Origin: a virus
Lineage: Duplodnaviria; Caudoviricetes
Strand: one strand, 5' to 3'
IMG/VR virus record: IMGVR_UViG_3300034095_000291
Location: 1 to 32,426 of that record
Length of the DNA: 32,426 nucleotides
A program made the position numbers and the translations under genes. Positions within the stretch are counted from its first letter, which is position 1, and each line of letters opens with the position of its first letter. Below are positions 16,428-27,099 of the stretch, one piece after another. Below the pieces are notes generated by a model that worked only from the letters and a program-made list of their open reading frames with translations, searched no databases and was not told the DNA's origin.

Positions 16428-18805
16428 TGAAGAGGATAGTAGATGTATATGTAGAAAGTATCAGCGGAAGTGGTGACTATTCTAAATTAGAGTTATTTAA
16501 TGATGAAAAAATTGAGCTTACAAGTAGTATTCAGAATATACAAGACATTTCTAAAGTGTATACTGACTTTACACAGTCGTTTACAATACCAGCAAGCCCT
16601 ATTAATAATGCAATACTGCACCATTTTTACCAATCGGATGTAGATATAGCAACTACTAATGGAGTGTATCAATGGAATTTTAACTTTAGAATTAGAGCTA
16701 AAATAGAAGTTGGATTAACACCATTTAGAACGGGTACGATAATGGTTGAAAAGTCTGAGATAAAGAACGGAAGACCTGACAATTATACTATCACTTTCTA
16801 TGGAGATTTAGTAAGCTTAAAAGATAAGTTTGGGGATGCTAAGTTGAGTGATTTAGATTTGACTTCCTACGATGTTAGTTACACGGGAGCAAATGTTGTC
16901 ACCAAAGTCACTACTGATTTAGATGACAATGTTATGTTTCCTTTAATTTCTAGCCAAAGAGTGTGGACATATGGTGATGGATTAAGCACTGATATAACTA
17001 CAACGACTGGGTTTATATCTTACACAGAACTAACGCCTGCTTTGAAAGTAGCTAGAATTTTTGATGCAATAAAATCGAAGTTCAACGTTACTTTTAATAG
17101 TTCAATTTTTGTAGATACTGACAAGAGATGGAGTAGTTTATATTTGTTAATGAAGAACGAAGAAATATATACGAACATAACGAAAGCTGTTACATTAGAT
17201 TTATTAACACCTAGTGGCACTAAAACTTTATGGTATACGAACACTATTAGCTTTCAATCTTTCTTTTTTAGTCCTGTTGATAATTATTTTATTTGTCAAA
17301 ATATCGGCACTTCATTTCCTGCAGCTAAAGCAATTTTAATTGTAAATATGTATTACGTATCAGATGACACTATACCGTACTACATTGACCTATATAGAAA
17401 TGGAATATTAATAAATACATATAAAAATTTAGAGGCTAAATTCAACGTCTCATTACATACTTTTCAAGAAGTTGATAATGGTGCTAAATTTGAAGTGAAG
17501 GTTAGAACTGACTACCCTATGGATGTAGAGGTTACGGCTGCAATTTACTACCCAAATGCAAATGTAAACCAATCAATTACATTCGCTCCAGTAACAACTA
17601 CATCATTTACAGATTTAAGGTCAAAGGCTCCCGATATTACAATAGCAGATTTCTTTAGTGGGATATTAAAGATGTTCAATTCGACTTGTTACGCGACAAG
17701 TACAGATATATTTACCTTAGAGCCTTTAGATAATTGGTATAGTAAAGGCGCGATATATGATATTACTGAATATACTGAGGCCGATTCAATCGCAGTTGAA
17801 AGACAAAACGTATATAAGAAGTTATCTTTTGAGTTTGAGAAGTCAGAATCATTTATGAATCGCGGTTTTTACGATAATTTTGGTAGAGAATATGCTAACA
17901 CTTCATTTTTACTGTCTAATGAAGGGACTGATTTCACAATTAAATTACCGTTCGAAAATCTATTAATGCAGAATTTAGATGCAAATGTAACGGAGGTTGG
18001 GTATTGTTTAACAAAAGCCCCTGACTATAAACCATATATTCCAAAACCAATATTACTTTATAAGGAAGGTTTTAAGACTTCATCATTTAGAATTTACGAT
18101 GGTAGCGACACCACTTTAGAAACAGGGTATAATGTTTTTAATGCGAACGTAACAAGTAATGGTGTACTATATTCGAATACATGGCATCCTGAATATAAAA
18201 ACTCTACTGACTTTACACAGCTAAATAACAATCTTTATGCTACATATTATAAAGGGTATTTAAATAACCTATTCAATCCTAAATCTAGATTGGTTAGAGT
18301 TAAATCGCATTTCCCTTTGTCATTAATAACTAAATTAAAGCTAAATGATAGACTTATAATTAGAGATAAAAGATATATTATTAATGAATTGAAAACGGAT
18401 ATTACTAATGGAGAAGTTGATTTATCGTTGATTAATGACTTCAGACCAATGGTTAACAATGTTGTTTTAGATAATATTATTGTAGATGATGGTGGTGATA
18501 CATTTCCTATTGATTGGGAGTTTTCAAATGGAGTTAGTTCTGCTACATTTTCAAGTCCAATAGCTGGAGTTTCCTTTTCTCCATCCACAATAACTGAAAG
18601 CGGTCCCATAGATATTACTATCCCAGCTAACACGAATACACCTACACCAATAGTATTAGAGTCAGGAACGGATACATTAATTACGGATGATGGATGGGGA
18701 ATAGCGAATGAAGAAGGTCAAGGCGCAGTTATTCCAATTTATGCAACCAACACTAATTTTGATGGCACAACAAGTATTTACGATTTTTATTTAACACAAT
18801 CATGA
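16427..18805 (+). CDS. Tail tip/baseplate hub protein
   Basis: 792 aa; LELFNDE..IQDISK..FTQSFTIPAS N-terminus typical of Bacteroidota phage tail proteins. Confidence 0.6.
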   Translation: MKRIVDVYVESISGSGDYSKLELFNDEKIELTSSIQNIQDISKVYTDFTQSFTIPASPINNAILHHFYQSDVDIATTNGVYQWNFNFRIRAKIEVGLTPFRTGTIMVEKSEIKNGRPDNYTITFYGDLVSLKDKFGDAKLSDLDLTSYDVSYTGANVVTKVTTDLDDNVMFPLISSQRVWTYGDGLSTDITTTTGFISYTELTPALKVARIFDAIKSKFNVTFNSSIFVDTDKRWSSLYLLMKNEEIYTNITKAVTLDLLTPSGTKTLWYTNTISFQSFFFSPVDNYFICQNIGTSFPAAKAILIVNMYYVSDDTIPYYIDLYRNGILINTYKNLEAKFNVSLHTFQEVDNGAKFEVKVRTDYPMDVEVTAAIYYPNANVNQSITFAPVTTTSFTDLRSKAPDITIADFFSGILKMFNSTCYATSTDIFTLEPLDNWYSKGAIYDITEYTEADSIAVERQNVYKKLSFEFEKSESFMNRGFYDNFGREYANTSFLLSNEGTDFTIKLPFENLLMQNLDANVTEVGYCLTKAPDYKPYIPKPILLYKEGFKTSSFRIYDGSDTTLETGYNVFNANVTSNGVLYSNTWHPEYKNSTDFTQLNNNLYATYYKGYLNNLFNPKSRLVRVKSHFPLSLITKLKLNDRLIIRDKRYIINELKTDITNGEVDLSLINDFRPMVNNVVLDNIIVDDGGDTFPIDWEFSNGVSSATFSSPIAGVSFSPSTITESGPIDITIPANTNTPTPIVLESGTDTLITDDGWGIANEEGQGAVIPIYATNTNFDGTTSIYDFYLTQS

Positions 18806-18978
18806 TAGAACAAATTATAGCATTGCTCAAGGTAGATAATTTCTATGGAGTGAGTGAAAATATAGACATTGCAAAGGGTAAATATCTATTGTCAGATTCG
18901 ATTGTTACAAACTACAAACAAGGCAAACGAGAGTTATTATTGAAAGCAAAGCAACATGGCAGAAAAGAAAGTAATTGA
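18802..18978 (+). CDS. Small protein (58 aa, not in ORF track)
   Basis: MIEQIIALLK..SENIDIAKGKY; ATGA coupling. Confidence 0.65.
   Translation: MIEQIIALLKVDNFYGVSENIDIAKGKYLLSDSIVTNYKQGKRELLLKAKQHGRKESN
18914..18936 (+). promoter_or_regulatory. Putative late promoter ACAAA-N14-GTTA
   Basis: Exact motif upstream of tape measure ATG. Confidence 0.45.
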
Positions 18979-20611
18979 ACTAGAAGTAAAGACAAATGCG
19001 CAATCCCTTAAAGCACAATTAAGAGAAGCGCAGAATGAAGTTAATGCACTTTCTGAAAAGTTTGGTGTTACTTCTGACCAAGCTATTAATGCTGCTAAAA
19101 ATGCTGCGAGATTAAAGGACGCGATAGGAGATGCTAAGGCACTTACTGACGCGTTTAATCCTGATGCTAAATTCAACGCACTAAGTAATTCCATTGGCGG
19201 TGTACTTAATGGATTCCAAGCATTTGAGGGTGCGCTTGGATTGGTTGGAGTTGAAGGAGAGGCTGTTCAGGCAACATTGTTGAAAGTCCAATCTGCAATG
19301 GCTTTATCTCAAGGCTTGCAAGGATTAGGTGAAGCTAGAGATTCATTCAAACAATTAGGGGCTGTAATAGGTCAAACTGCACTAGGTCAAAAACTGCTTA
19401 CTGCTGCACAAATAGCTGGATCTGTTGCAATGCGAGTGCTTAACGCTGTAATGGCTGCTAATCCAATACTCCTTGTAGTTGGAGCAGTAGGTGCTTTAGT
19501 TGGTGCTTTAGAATTACTAAAAAGAGGACAAGACGACGCCGCTAATAAGCAAAGAGAATTAAACCGACAATTAGAATATACTAAAAGATTAGAGAAAGAA
19601 AGTATAGATGCTACATCTGAACATGTTAACGAATTAAAGAAACAGCACGAAAACAAGCTAAGATTAAAACAAGCTGAGGGATCTAAGGATAGTGAGTTAA
19701 CAAAAATAGAGATTGATAATAAAAAAGAGATATTAAGATATTATAACTTAGTTTATCAAGGAGGCGCGAAATTAAATAAGGATCAATTAGCAGATGCAAA
19801 ACAATTAAGAGAAGAAATAAAGATATTACAAGCTCAACAAGTAACAGACTTAAGAGAAAATAATCAAAAAAAGTTAGAAGAAAATAAAACTAGTAATAAA
19901 GACCTATACGAACAAGATAGAATAGATTTAATTAATGCAGAGCAAGAAGATATTGCACGTTGGATTGTAAGTGAAAACGAACAAGCGGAAAGAGAGAGAC
20001 AAGCTAAAGCAGATAAATTAAAACAAGAGGAAGAATTTATAGGATTATTAGTTGAGCTAGACGACCAAGCAAGAGAAGAAAAAAAGGTTAAGGATGCACA
20101 AGATTTAGAAAACGAAAAAACTTTACAAGCTGCAAAATATGATACTGTCAGAACTGGATTAGCTACAATTGGGGATTTAGCTACTTCATTTGCAGGCAAG
20201 TCTGAAGCACAACAAAAGAAAGCATTCGATATTCAGAAAGCAGCCAATATTGCGGGTGCTGTTATAGATACTATACGAGCTACAATAGGAGCTTTTAAAA
20301 GTGGTAACGTAATAGGTGGTCCCGTTCTAGGTGGTATACAAGCTGGTATTGCTGCTGCTAGTGGTGCTGTAATGATTAGAAACTTAGAGCAACAAACATT
20401 TAAAGGGAAAGGTGGAGTTACTACACCAAGTGCAGGGGGTGAAGGTGGTCAAAACCAAGTTATCACTCCTAACTTTAATATTATTGGCTCACAAAATCAA
20501 ACGCAATTAGCACAATTAAATCAAGCACCGATTAAAGCATATGTTGTAGGTTCAGATGTTACTACACAGCAAATGTTAGATAAGAAAAAAATACAAAATG
20601 CCACTTTATAA
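18956..20611 (+). CDS. Tape measure protein
   Basis: Ala/Gly-rich helices, hydrophobic segments, long coiled coil. Confidence 0.85.
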   Translation: MAEKKVIELEVKTNAQSLKAQLREAQNEVNALSEKFGVTSDQAINAAKNAARLKDAIGDAKALTDAFNPDAKFNALSNSIGGVLNGFQAFEGALGLVGVEGEAVQATLLKVQSAMALSQGLQGLGEARDSFKQLGAVIGQTALGQKLLTAAQIAGSVAMRVLNAVMAANPILLVVGAVGALVGALELLKRGQDDAANKQRELNRQLEYTKRLEKESIDATSEHVNELKKQHENKLRLKQAEGSKDSELTKIEIDNKKEILRYYNLVYQGGAKLNKDQLADAKQLREEIKILQAQQVTDLRENNQKKLEENKTSNKDLYEQDRIDLINAEQEDIARWIVSENEQAERERQAKADKLKQEEEFIGLLVELDDQAREEKKVKDAQDLENEKTLQAAKYDTVRTGLATIGDLATSFAGKSEAQQKKAFDIQKAANIAGAVIDTIRATIGAFKSGNVIGGPVLGGIQAGIAAASGAVMIRNLEQQTFKGKGGVTTPSAGGEGGQNQVITPNFNIIGSQNQTQLAQLNQAPIKAYVVGSDVTTQQMLDKKKIQNATL

Positions 20612-20615
20612 GTTA
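20593..20615 (+). promoter_or_regulatory. Putative late promoter ACAAA-N14-GTTA
   Basis: G of GTTA lies 11 nt before protease ATG. Confidence 0.7.
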
Positions 20616-20622
20616 TAATAAT

Positions 20623-21195
20623 ATGGAAAAGTTACAGAATATAGAGCTTACAATTAAGGACGAGAAAGAGCAAGGTGTCTTTGCTATTTCATTCGTAGAC
20701 AGACCAGCAATTGAAGAAGATTTTATTTTACTTTCTGAAATGGAAGTTGAAATGAAAGTAATCGACGAGGGTAAACGTGAGGTAATTGGTCTTGCATTGG
20801 TCCCTGAAAAGAAGATCCTTAGACGTATTAAAGACAAAGAATTTACAGTTTCATTTAGTGCTGAAACAATTGCTAAGACTCAGGAACTTTACATGAAGAA
20901 ATTGTACGGAAATAATGTTACTGTGGACCATGCGGAAAATGTTGATGGTGTAGCATTAATTGAGTCATGGATTGTTGAGGATACTAAGAACGATAAATCA
21001 AACCTATATAAACTTAATGCACCTGTTGGGAGTTGGGTTGTAAAGATGAAAGTTTACAACGAGGAAGTTTACCAAGGTATTAAGGATGGTAAGTTCAATG
21101 GATTCAGCATCGAGGGTAAATATGATGGGCTAGAGCAATTAGAGATGCAAGATGATATAATGAATGAGATTAAAGAACTACTTGGTAAACTATGA
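20623..21195 (+). CDS. XkdF-like prohead serine protease
   Basis: AISFVDRPAIEE, VDH, ESW, GSW, GFSIEG. Confidence 0.88.
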   Translation: MEKLQNIELTIKDEKEQGVFAISFVDRPAIEEDFILLSEMEVEMKVIDEGKREVIGLALVPEKKILRRIKDKEFTVSFSAETIAKTQELYMKKLYGNNVTVDHAENVDGVALIESWIVEDTKNDKSNLYKLNAPVGSWVVKMKVYNEEVYQGIKDGKFNGFSIEGKYDGLEQLEMQDDIMNEIKELLGKL

Positions 21196-22487
21196 GTGAA
21201 ATTCCATATTTCGTACGATACAAAGATGTAACTACATTAGATAGTACGGATAGCTTATATTTGGACGATGCTACTAGTGATGTGCCAAAGAAGATATCAT
21301 ATAGTAATTTTGCTACATCTGTATCTTCTAATATCGCAACAGGTAACATAGTCTTTGTAGCTAGCAAGTCAGATTTACCAACTGCTGTAAGTAATGTTAT
21401 AACTTTGCAAGACAGCATTACTTATTTCATTACAACAACAGTAGACTTAACAGGAGATAGATTAGTAGGCGGTCAAAATACTAGTATAATAGGTGGATCT
21501 TCAGAGAATTGCTACCTTAAATCTACAGGATTAAGTAGCTCAACAGCATTGATTACATCTCAATACTCACTACCATTACGCAATGTATCATTTACACATG
21601 GTAAAGTATTGGATTTAGATGGTGATGGAGTGAATACTGCACTAGATTGGTTCGGTATAAACTTTGTTAATTGTGCTACAATAGGTACAATTAAGGATTA
21701 TTCCAATTTTGTTATGGGAGATAGTGCTTTTCTTAATTCTAGTGGTATGACATTTGATGGTACGATAGGTACTATTGCATTTGGTAACTGCTTATTTGAT
21801 TGTGCGAGTGGTGGAACGGCAATAACAATCTTAAGTACAGCTACGATTTCACGTAGATTTAGGATAATTTACTCTTCATTCGTTACGTTAAGTGGTGAAA
21901 CTAGCATAAATTTTTCAACTTCTGCTAGTGTTGGTAACGAAAGATACATCTTAGACACGGTTAATTTTAGTGGTGGAGGTACTTACATTACAGGTGTAGA
22001 CCAAACAAGCAATAAATCTTTATTTACTAACTGCGTAGGTATACAAAACACTACTACGCGTGGGTTTTATTACATGGTAAATAACACTACAGATACACCA
22101 ATAGGAGTACCTAACGTGAATACATGGGTAAAAGCACTAGGCACAACAACAGCAAATAGTAATAATTCTAAATTCACACATACAAATAACAGACTAACGT
22201 ATACAGGAGCTTTTAACACTTCGTTTTTAATCACTGTAAATACAGCGGTTAGAGCTGGTGCCACGAATCAAAACATAAGTATAGGCATAGCGAAAAACGG
22301 AACTATATTAGCTAACTCTGAAATGACAATTAGGACATCTACTTCTAATCAAGAACACCCTGGAAGTACACAGTACCAAATTGATTTAATTACAAATGAT
22401 TATGTAGAGTTATTTGTTAAAAATACCAACCAAACAGATGTAAGAGTTTCAGATTTAAATTTCTCAGTAGTTAAAATTTTAGTATAA
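21192..22487 (+). CDS. Fibre/spike-like structural protein (beta-helix-like core, C1q/TNF-like C-terminus)
   Basis: Ser/Thr/Gly-rich; RLTYTG..LITNDYVELFVKN C-terminus. Confidence 0.55.
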   Translation: MSEIPYFVRYKDVTTLDSTDSLYLDDATSDVPKKISYSNFATSVSSNIATGNIVFVASKSDLPTAVSNVITLQDSITYFITTTVDLTGDRLVGGQNTSIIGGSSENCYLKSTGLSSSTALITSQYSLPLRNVSFTHGKVLDLDGDGVNTALDWFGINFVNCATIGTIKDYSNFVMGDSAFLNSSGMTFDGTIGTIAFGNCLFDCASGGTAITILSTATISRRFRIIYSSFVTLSGETSINFSTSASVGNERYILDTVNFSGGGTYITGVDQTSNKSLFTNCVGIQNTTTRGFYYMVNNTTDTPIGVPNVNTWVKALGTTTANSNNSKFTHTNNRLTYTGAFNTSFLITVNTAVRAGATNQNISIGIAKNGTILANSEMTIRTSTSNQEHPGSTQYQIDLITNDYVELFVKNTNQTDVRVSDLNFSVVKILV

Positions 22488-22502
22488 ATAAATAAATAAA
22501 CC

Positions 22503-22673
22503 ATGGAAAAGAAACCAAGAAGGAAAAAAGGATGCTTAGGTAAGGATGGAAAGTATTCACTTGCTAATTGTGAAGAGCATAATGTACAAGGAATTGGACG
22601 CGAGTCAGAACAATCTACATCGACTATCAATCACACTGTAGTTGAACGGGTTATCTCTGAGGCTAGAGGGTAA
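22503..22673 (+). CDS. Small protein (56 aa, not in ORF track)
   Basis: MEKKPRRKKGCLGKDGKYS..QGIG. Confidence 0.65.
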   Translation: MEKKPRRKKGCLGKDGKYSLANCEEHNVQGIGRESEQSTSTINHTVVERVISEARG

Positions 22674-22679
22674 TTTAAA

Positions 22680-22702
22680 ACAAAGTATTTAATAATTAGT
22701 TA
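22680..22702 (+). promoter_or_regulatory. Putative late promoter ACAAA-N14-GTTA
   Basis: Intergenic; G of GTTA 11 nt before ATG 22710. Confidence 0.75.
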
Positions 22703-22709
22703 ATAATAT

Positions 22710-23306
22710 ATGGAAAAAGAAACACTTTTAAAAAAGGTTAAAAACTTTCTTGTTGAGCTTACAGGTTTAGAGCCTGAAGTTCTAGAAACGAAGTTAGAAG
22801 ACCAAGTATTAGCTGATGGTATGACTACTATTCAAGCTGATATGTTTGAAGCTGGGGAGAACGTATTCGTAGTTGTTCCTGATGCTGAGCCTGTGCCACT
22901 TCCTGTTGGTGAATATGAACTAGCAGATGGCAAAATCTTAGTAGTTAAGCAAGAAGGAATCATTGATTCTATCGTTGAGGCTTTACCTACTGAAGAGAAC
23001 TCTGATGAAGCAGAAACAGAAGTACCTGTTGAAGCTGAGAAAACACCTGAACAAGCGAAAGTTAAAAAAATCGTTCGTTCACAAGTTGAAGAGCAACATT
23101 TCTCCGCATTGGAAGAAAAGATTGCAGAATTAGAAGCTAAGATTGTAGAGCTTTCTAAGGTAGAAGATGTGGTTGTAGAGCTTGCAGAAGAGCCTAAACC
23201 TATACAATTCAATCCTGAGAATTCAAAAACAGTTGAGCACATCGACTTAACACCAGGTAAAGCGAGAAGTATTCGCGACAACATTTTAGAAACAATTTAT
23301 AAATAA
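22710..23306 (+). CDS. Putative capsid scaffolding protein
   Basis: Very acidic, PLPVGEYELADG motif, coiled coil, directly before capsid gene. Confidence 0.65.
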   Translation: MEKETLLKKVKNFLVELTGLEPEVLETKLEDQVLADGMTTIQADMFEAGENVFVVVPDAEPVPLPVGEYELADGKILVVKQEGIIDSIVEALPTEENSDEAETEVPVEAEKTPEQAKVKKIVRSQVEEQHFSALEEKIAELEAKIVELSKVEDVVVELAEEPKPIQFNPENSKTVEHIDLTPGKARSIRDNILETIYK

Positions 23307-23314
23307 AATAAACA

Positions 23315-24268
23315 ATGGCTACAGTAACATCATTAACGACTACATATGCTGGTCAACATTCAGGAATGTGGGTAAAAGCTGCTTTATTGAGCGGTAACAC
23401 ATTAGCAAACGGAGGTATGACTATCATGCCTAACATCGCGTACAAAGCGGTAATTAACAAATTGAGTACAGACGGACTTTTAGCAAATGCTAGTTGTGAT
23501 TTCTCTGCTACTTCTACGGTAACAATTACAGAGCGTACATTAACTTTAGAGAATTTCCAAGTTAATTTATCTTTATGTAAAAAAGATTACATCACTTCTT
23601 GGCAATCAGAAGAAATGGGTTACTCTGCAAACAAAGTATTAGCTAAATCTTTTGCTGATTACTTACTTGCATTCGTAGTAGAGAAAGTTGCTGCTGCTAT
23701 CGAGGTATCTATTTGGAATGGTGTTAATGCTACTGACGGACAAGTTGCTGGTATCATGACATTATTAACTGCTGATGCTGCATTACCAACTGCAAATGAA
23801 GTAGCTGGTGCAACTGTTACTGCGTCTAACGTTATCGAAGAGCTTGAAAAAATTTACAAAGCTATCCCTGCTGCAGTATACGGAGCTGATGATTTGAAAA
23901 TTTATGTATCTCAAAATATCGCTAAATCTTATATCTCTGCATTGGGTGGTTTTGGTGTTGCTGCTACATCTAACAACGGTACTGATAATAAAGGTACACA
24001 ATGGTACACTAACGGTTCTTTGACTTATGGTGGTATCCCATTATTCGTAGCAAACGGATTGACTGCTAACCAAGCAATCGCTGCTCAAACTTCTAACTTA
24101 TTCTTTGGTTGTGGTTTGTTAAACGACGCTAACGAAGTACGTTTGATTGACACTGCTGAAACTTTAGGTGACGATAATGTAAGAGTTGTTATGAGAGCTG
24201 GTTACGCTGTTAATTACCACTCAGTTTCAGATATCGTTACATACGGAATCACAAATGCCGCAAATTAG
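23315..24268 (+). CDS. Major capsid protein
   Basis: 317 aa, strongly biased codons, position, strong terminator after. Confidence 0.85.
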   Translation: MATVTSLTTTYAGQHSGMWVKAALLSGNTLANGGMTIMPNIAYKAVINKLSTDGLLANASCDFSATSTVTITERTLTLENFQVNLSLCKKDYITSWQSEEMGYSANKVLAKSFADYLLAFVVEKVAAAIEVSIWNGVNATDGQVAGIMTLLTADAALPTANEVAGATVTASNVIEELEKIYKAIPAAVYGADDLKIYVSQNIAKSYISALGGFGVAATSNNGTDNKGTQWYTNGSLTYGGIPLFVANGLTANQAIAAQTSNLFFGCGLLNDANEVRLIDTAETLGDDNVRVVMRAGYAVNYHSVSDIVTYGITNAAN

Positions 24269-24290
24269 TAACTGACTAATTTTCAATACT

Positions 24291-24321
24291 AGGGGAGGGG
24301 ATATACTCCTCCCTTTTTTTA
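24291..24321 (+). terminator. Rho-independent terminator
   Basis: GGGAGGGG/CTCCTCCC stem plus T8. Confidence 0.9.
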
Positions 24322-24343
24322 TAAACTTTAAAACTATAAACTC

Positions 24344-24892
24344 ATGGCATGTGATATTGCAAAAGGTAGAGTTGAACAATGCAAAGACCAAGTAGGAGGT
24401 TTAAAAGCTGTTTACTTTATCAATTACCAAATAGCTAGAGCTGACATAACGTACGACGCAACGGACACGGATATGATTACAGCGATTACTAGCGTAGATA
24501 CTTTATATAAGTATGAATTAAAAGGTGTAGATAATACTTTCGACCAAGATGTAGTATCTGACAGAAATGCTGGCACTACTTATTTCAGTCAAAAATTAAA
24601 CATTAGATTGAAGCATCAAGATATTGCTACACATAAGCAAATTAAATTATTGTCTTATGGACGTCCTCACATCGTGGTTCAAACTAATAACGATCAGTTC
24701 TTCATTATGGGACTTGAGCAAGGTGCAGATGTTGTAGGTGGTACAATTTCTACAGGTGGTGAAATGAAATCTGCTTCAGGGTATTCTTTGAATTTCGTTG
24801 CAGATGAGAAAGTACCAGCTAACTTCCTAAATGCGGCTACATCAACTGCGATGTTAGCGTTATTTACAAGTGCTACTTTAGTTACTTCATAG
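24344..24892 (+). CDS. Major tail tube protein
   Basis: MACDI..G..CKD.VGG..GY.L.F..E pattern; own terminator. Confidence 0.75.
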   Translation: MACDIAKGRVEQCKDQVGGLKAVYFINYQIARADITYDATDTDMITAITSVDTLYKYELKGVDNTFDQDVVSDRNAGTTYFSQKLNIRLKHQDIATHKQIKLLSYGRPHIVVQTNNDQFFIMGLEQGADVVGGTISTGGEMKSASGYSLNFVADEKVPANFLNAATSTAMLALFTSATLVTS

Positions 24893-24917
24893 TCTAAATA
24901 GTTCACTAGGCTAAGAG

Positions 24918-24948
24918 GGGATATCGATTAAGTTCGGTATCCCTTTTT
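24918..24948 (+). terminator. Rho-independent terminator
   Basis: GGGATATCGA/TCGGTATCCC stem plus T5. Confidence 0.88.
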
Positions 24949-24957
24949 GTGTTTAAA

Positions 24958-24980
24958 ACAAAATGTAAATCTCGGAGTTA
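24958..24980 (+). promoter_or_regulatory. Putative late promoter ACAAA-N14-GTTA
   Basis: Immediately after terminator; G of GTTA 11 nt before ATG 24988. Confidence 0.78.
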
Positions 24981-24987
24981 TATAAAC

Positions 24988-25341
24988 ATGATAGTATTAG
25001 AGCCTATATCAACATCACAAGTATTCAACGTAATTCAAAGACGTAGTGTAACTGCTGGCAATAAATTAGAAATCATAGATGAAGAAACTAACACATCTAG
25101 AGTAATAACATTAACAAGTAATGCTACAGGAGATTATTACGATACTATTACATTAACTATTTCACCTGCATTAAAGGAAGGACATACATATAATGCCGTA
25201 CTTTATTACAATACAATAGGTAATTACACTTGGAAAGGTAAAATATTCTGCACTGCTAAAGATGACGTTAGAGATTACAGCGTAAACGAGGGTAGATACA
25301 CTGAAAATACAACAACAAACCAATTTATATTAAATGACTAG
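24988..25341 (+). CDS. Structural protein (possible head closure/Ig-like)
   Basis: Start moved to ATG 24988 (MIVLEP); beta-rich; precedes portal. Confidence 0.6.
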   Translation: MIVLEPISTSQVFNVIQRRSVTAGNKLEIIDEETNTSRVITLTSNATGDYYDTITLTISPALKEGHTYNAVLYYNTIGNYTWKGKIFCTAKDDVRDYSVNEGRYTENTTTNQFILND

Positions 25342-27097
25342 TAACCACGTTATAGAATTATCTGCATATACATCACCAGTCGTTACGGAAGACAAGCGTA
25401 ATGAATGGGTAAACTATGGAGAAGATAATAATTACTTCCAATTCTTAATTGATAGATATTCGAATAGTGCTACACACAGTGCTGTTGTGAATAATATTAG
25501 TAGATTAATATACGGAAAGGGATTGAGTGCATTAGACGCATCTAAAAAACCAAATGATTACGCTCAAATGTTGACTCTATTTACAGCAAATGATTTGCGT
25601 AGAGTTATCCAAGACTTGTATTTATTAGGTCAAGGTGCTTTTCAAGTACATTACGATAAAGGACATAAAAATGTAATTAAAGTTTATCATATCCCTGTGC
25701 AATTATTACGTCCTGAAAAGTGCGATAAAGACGGAAATATTGTAGGGTATTACTATTCTGATAATTGGGAAGATCCAAAAAAGTTTGTACCTAAAAGATT
25801 TGATGCATTTGGGGAGGGTAATTCAGAGATTGAGATATTAATGATTCAACCATATTCTGTAGGTGCAAAGTATTTTAGTAGAGTTGATTACCAAGGAGCA
25901 CTTGAATATACGGTCCTAGAAGAAAAAATCAGTGAGTATCTTATTAATGAAGTTTCTAACGGATTCAGTCCGACTACTATAGTCAACTTTAATAATGGTA
26001 CACCGACTGACGAGCAAAAAGATGAGATTGCAAGAGCTACAATAAGTAAATTAACTGGATCAACGGGTAAGAAAGTAGTAGTTTCATTCAATGAAGATGA
26101 AGCTAAAAAGACTACAATTGATAGTGTACCTTTAAATGATGCACCTGAACATTATCAATATTTGTCAGATGAATGCAGAAGTAAGATATTAACAGGACAT
26201 TGTGTTACTTCACCACTTATTTTTGGTATTGCAACAACTACAGGATTTAGTGCGAACGCAGATGAATTAAAGAATAGTGTTATTCTATTTGATAACATGG
26301 TGATAAGACCAAAGCAAGAGGTAATACTTGAGGCATTGGATAGTATCTTAGCATTCAATGGTGTATCATTAAAGCTATATTTCAAGACTTTACAGCCTTT
26401 AGAATTTGTAGACTTATCAAACGCACAATCTACAGAGCAAGTTAAAGAAGAAACAGGCGTTGAAATGAGTGCAGAAAAGTCAGAACTTGAAATGTACTTA
26501 GATACAATTGGAGAAGATATTGGAGAAGATTGGGTATTAGTAGATGAAAGAGATGTTGATTACGATTTAGAGGATGAATTAGATTTACAATTACAACCTA
26601 AAAAAACAATGCTTAATAAAGTATTAGATTTTGTTTCTAGTGGTGTAGCACGTCCAAATGCAAAAAGTCAGCAAGACAAAGTTATTGATGGTATTCAGTG
26701 GAAAGTACGTTACCAATATACAGGAAATCCTAATCCACAAAGGGACTTTTGTAGGGTAATGATGAGTACTAAAAAAGTATATCGTAGAGAAGACTTAGAA
26801 AGTATGAATTCTCAAATAGTTAATCCTGGTTTCGAACATAATAACGAGCCTTATAATGTGTTTTTATATCATGGTGGACCACGATGCAAACATTCATTTA
26901 AGAGATTAACTTTTGCTAGTTTAGAAGGGCAAAACGTAGATGTAAATAGTCCAAAAGCAAGAAAAATAGGAACTAGACAAGCGGAAATAATGGGATACAA
27001 AATAACTAATCCTTATCAAGTATCTATACAAACAAATAATCAACCGCTAAAAGGATTTCATCCTAACAACGAAAATTTACCATCAGACGTTAAATAA
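25334..27097 (+). CDS. Portal protein with C-terminal extension
   Basis: WVNYGEDNNY, NGFSPT..NFNNG.P, HCVTSPLIFG; then acidic linker and Cys-containing domain. Confidence 0.85.
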   Translation: MTSNHVIELSAYTSPVVTEDKRNEWVNYGEDNNYFQFLIDRYSNSATHSAVVNNISRLIYGKGLSALDASKKPNDYAQMLTLFTANDLRRVIQDLYLLGQGAFQVHYDKGHKNVIKVYHIPVQLLRPEKCDKDGNIVGYYYSDNWEDPKKFVPKRFDAFGEGNSEIEILMIQPYSVGAKYFSRVDYQGALEYTVLEEKISEYLINEVSNGFSPTTIVNFNNGTPTDEQKDEIARATISKLTGSTGKKVVVSFNEDEAKKTTIDSVPLNDAPEHYQYLSDECRSKILTGHCVTSPLIFGIATTTGFSANADELKNSVILFDNMVIRPKQEVILEALDSILAFNGVSLKLYFKTLQPLEFVDLSNAQSTEQVKEETGVEMSAEKSELEMYLDTIGEDIGEDWVLVDERDVDYDLEDELDLQLQPKKTMLNKVLDFVSSGVARPNAKSQQDKVIDGIQWKVRYQYTGNPNPQRDFCRVMMSTKKVYRREDLESMNSQIVNPGFEHNNEPYNVFLYHGGPRCKHSFKRLTFASLEGQNVDVNSPKARKIGTRQAEIMGYKITNPYQVSIQTNNQPLKGFHPNNENLPSDVK

Positions 27098-27099
27098 TT

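Noticed and set aside
24263-24913. TAG stops of capsid and tail tube genes embedded in small hairpins (readthrough or recoding)
   Set aside because: Further in-frame stops follow within 1-3 codons, and genes are intact under the standard code
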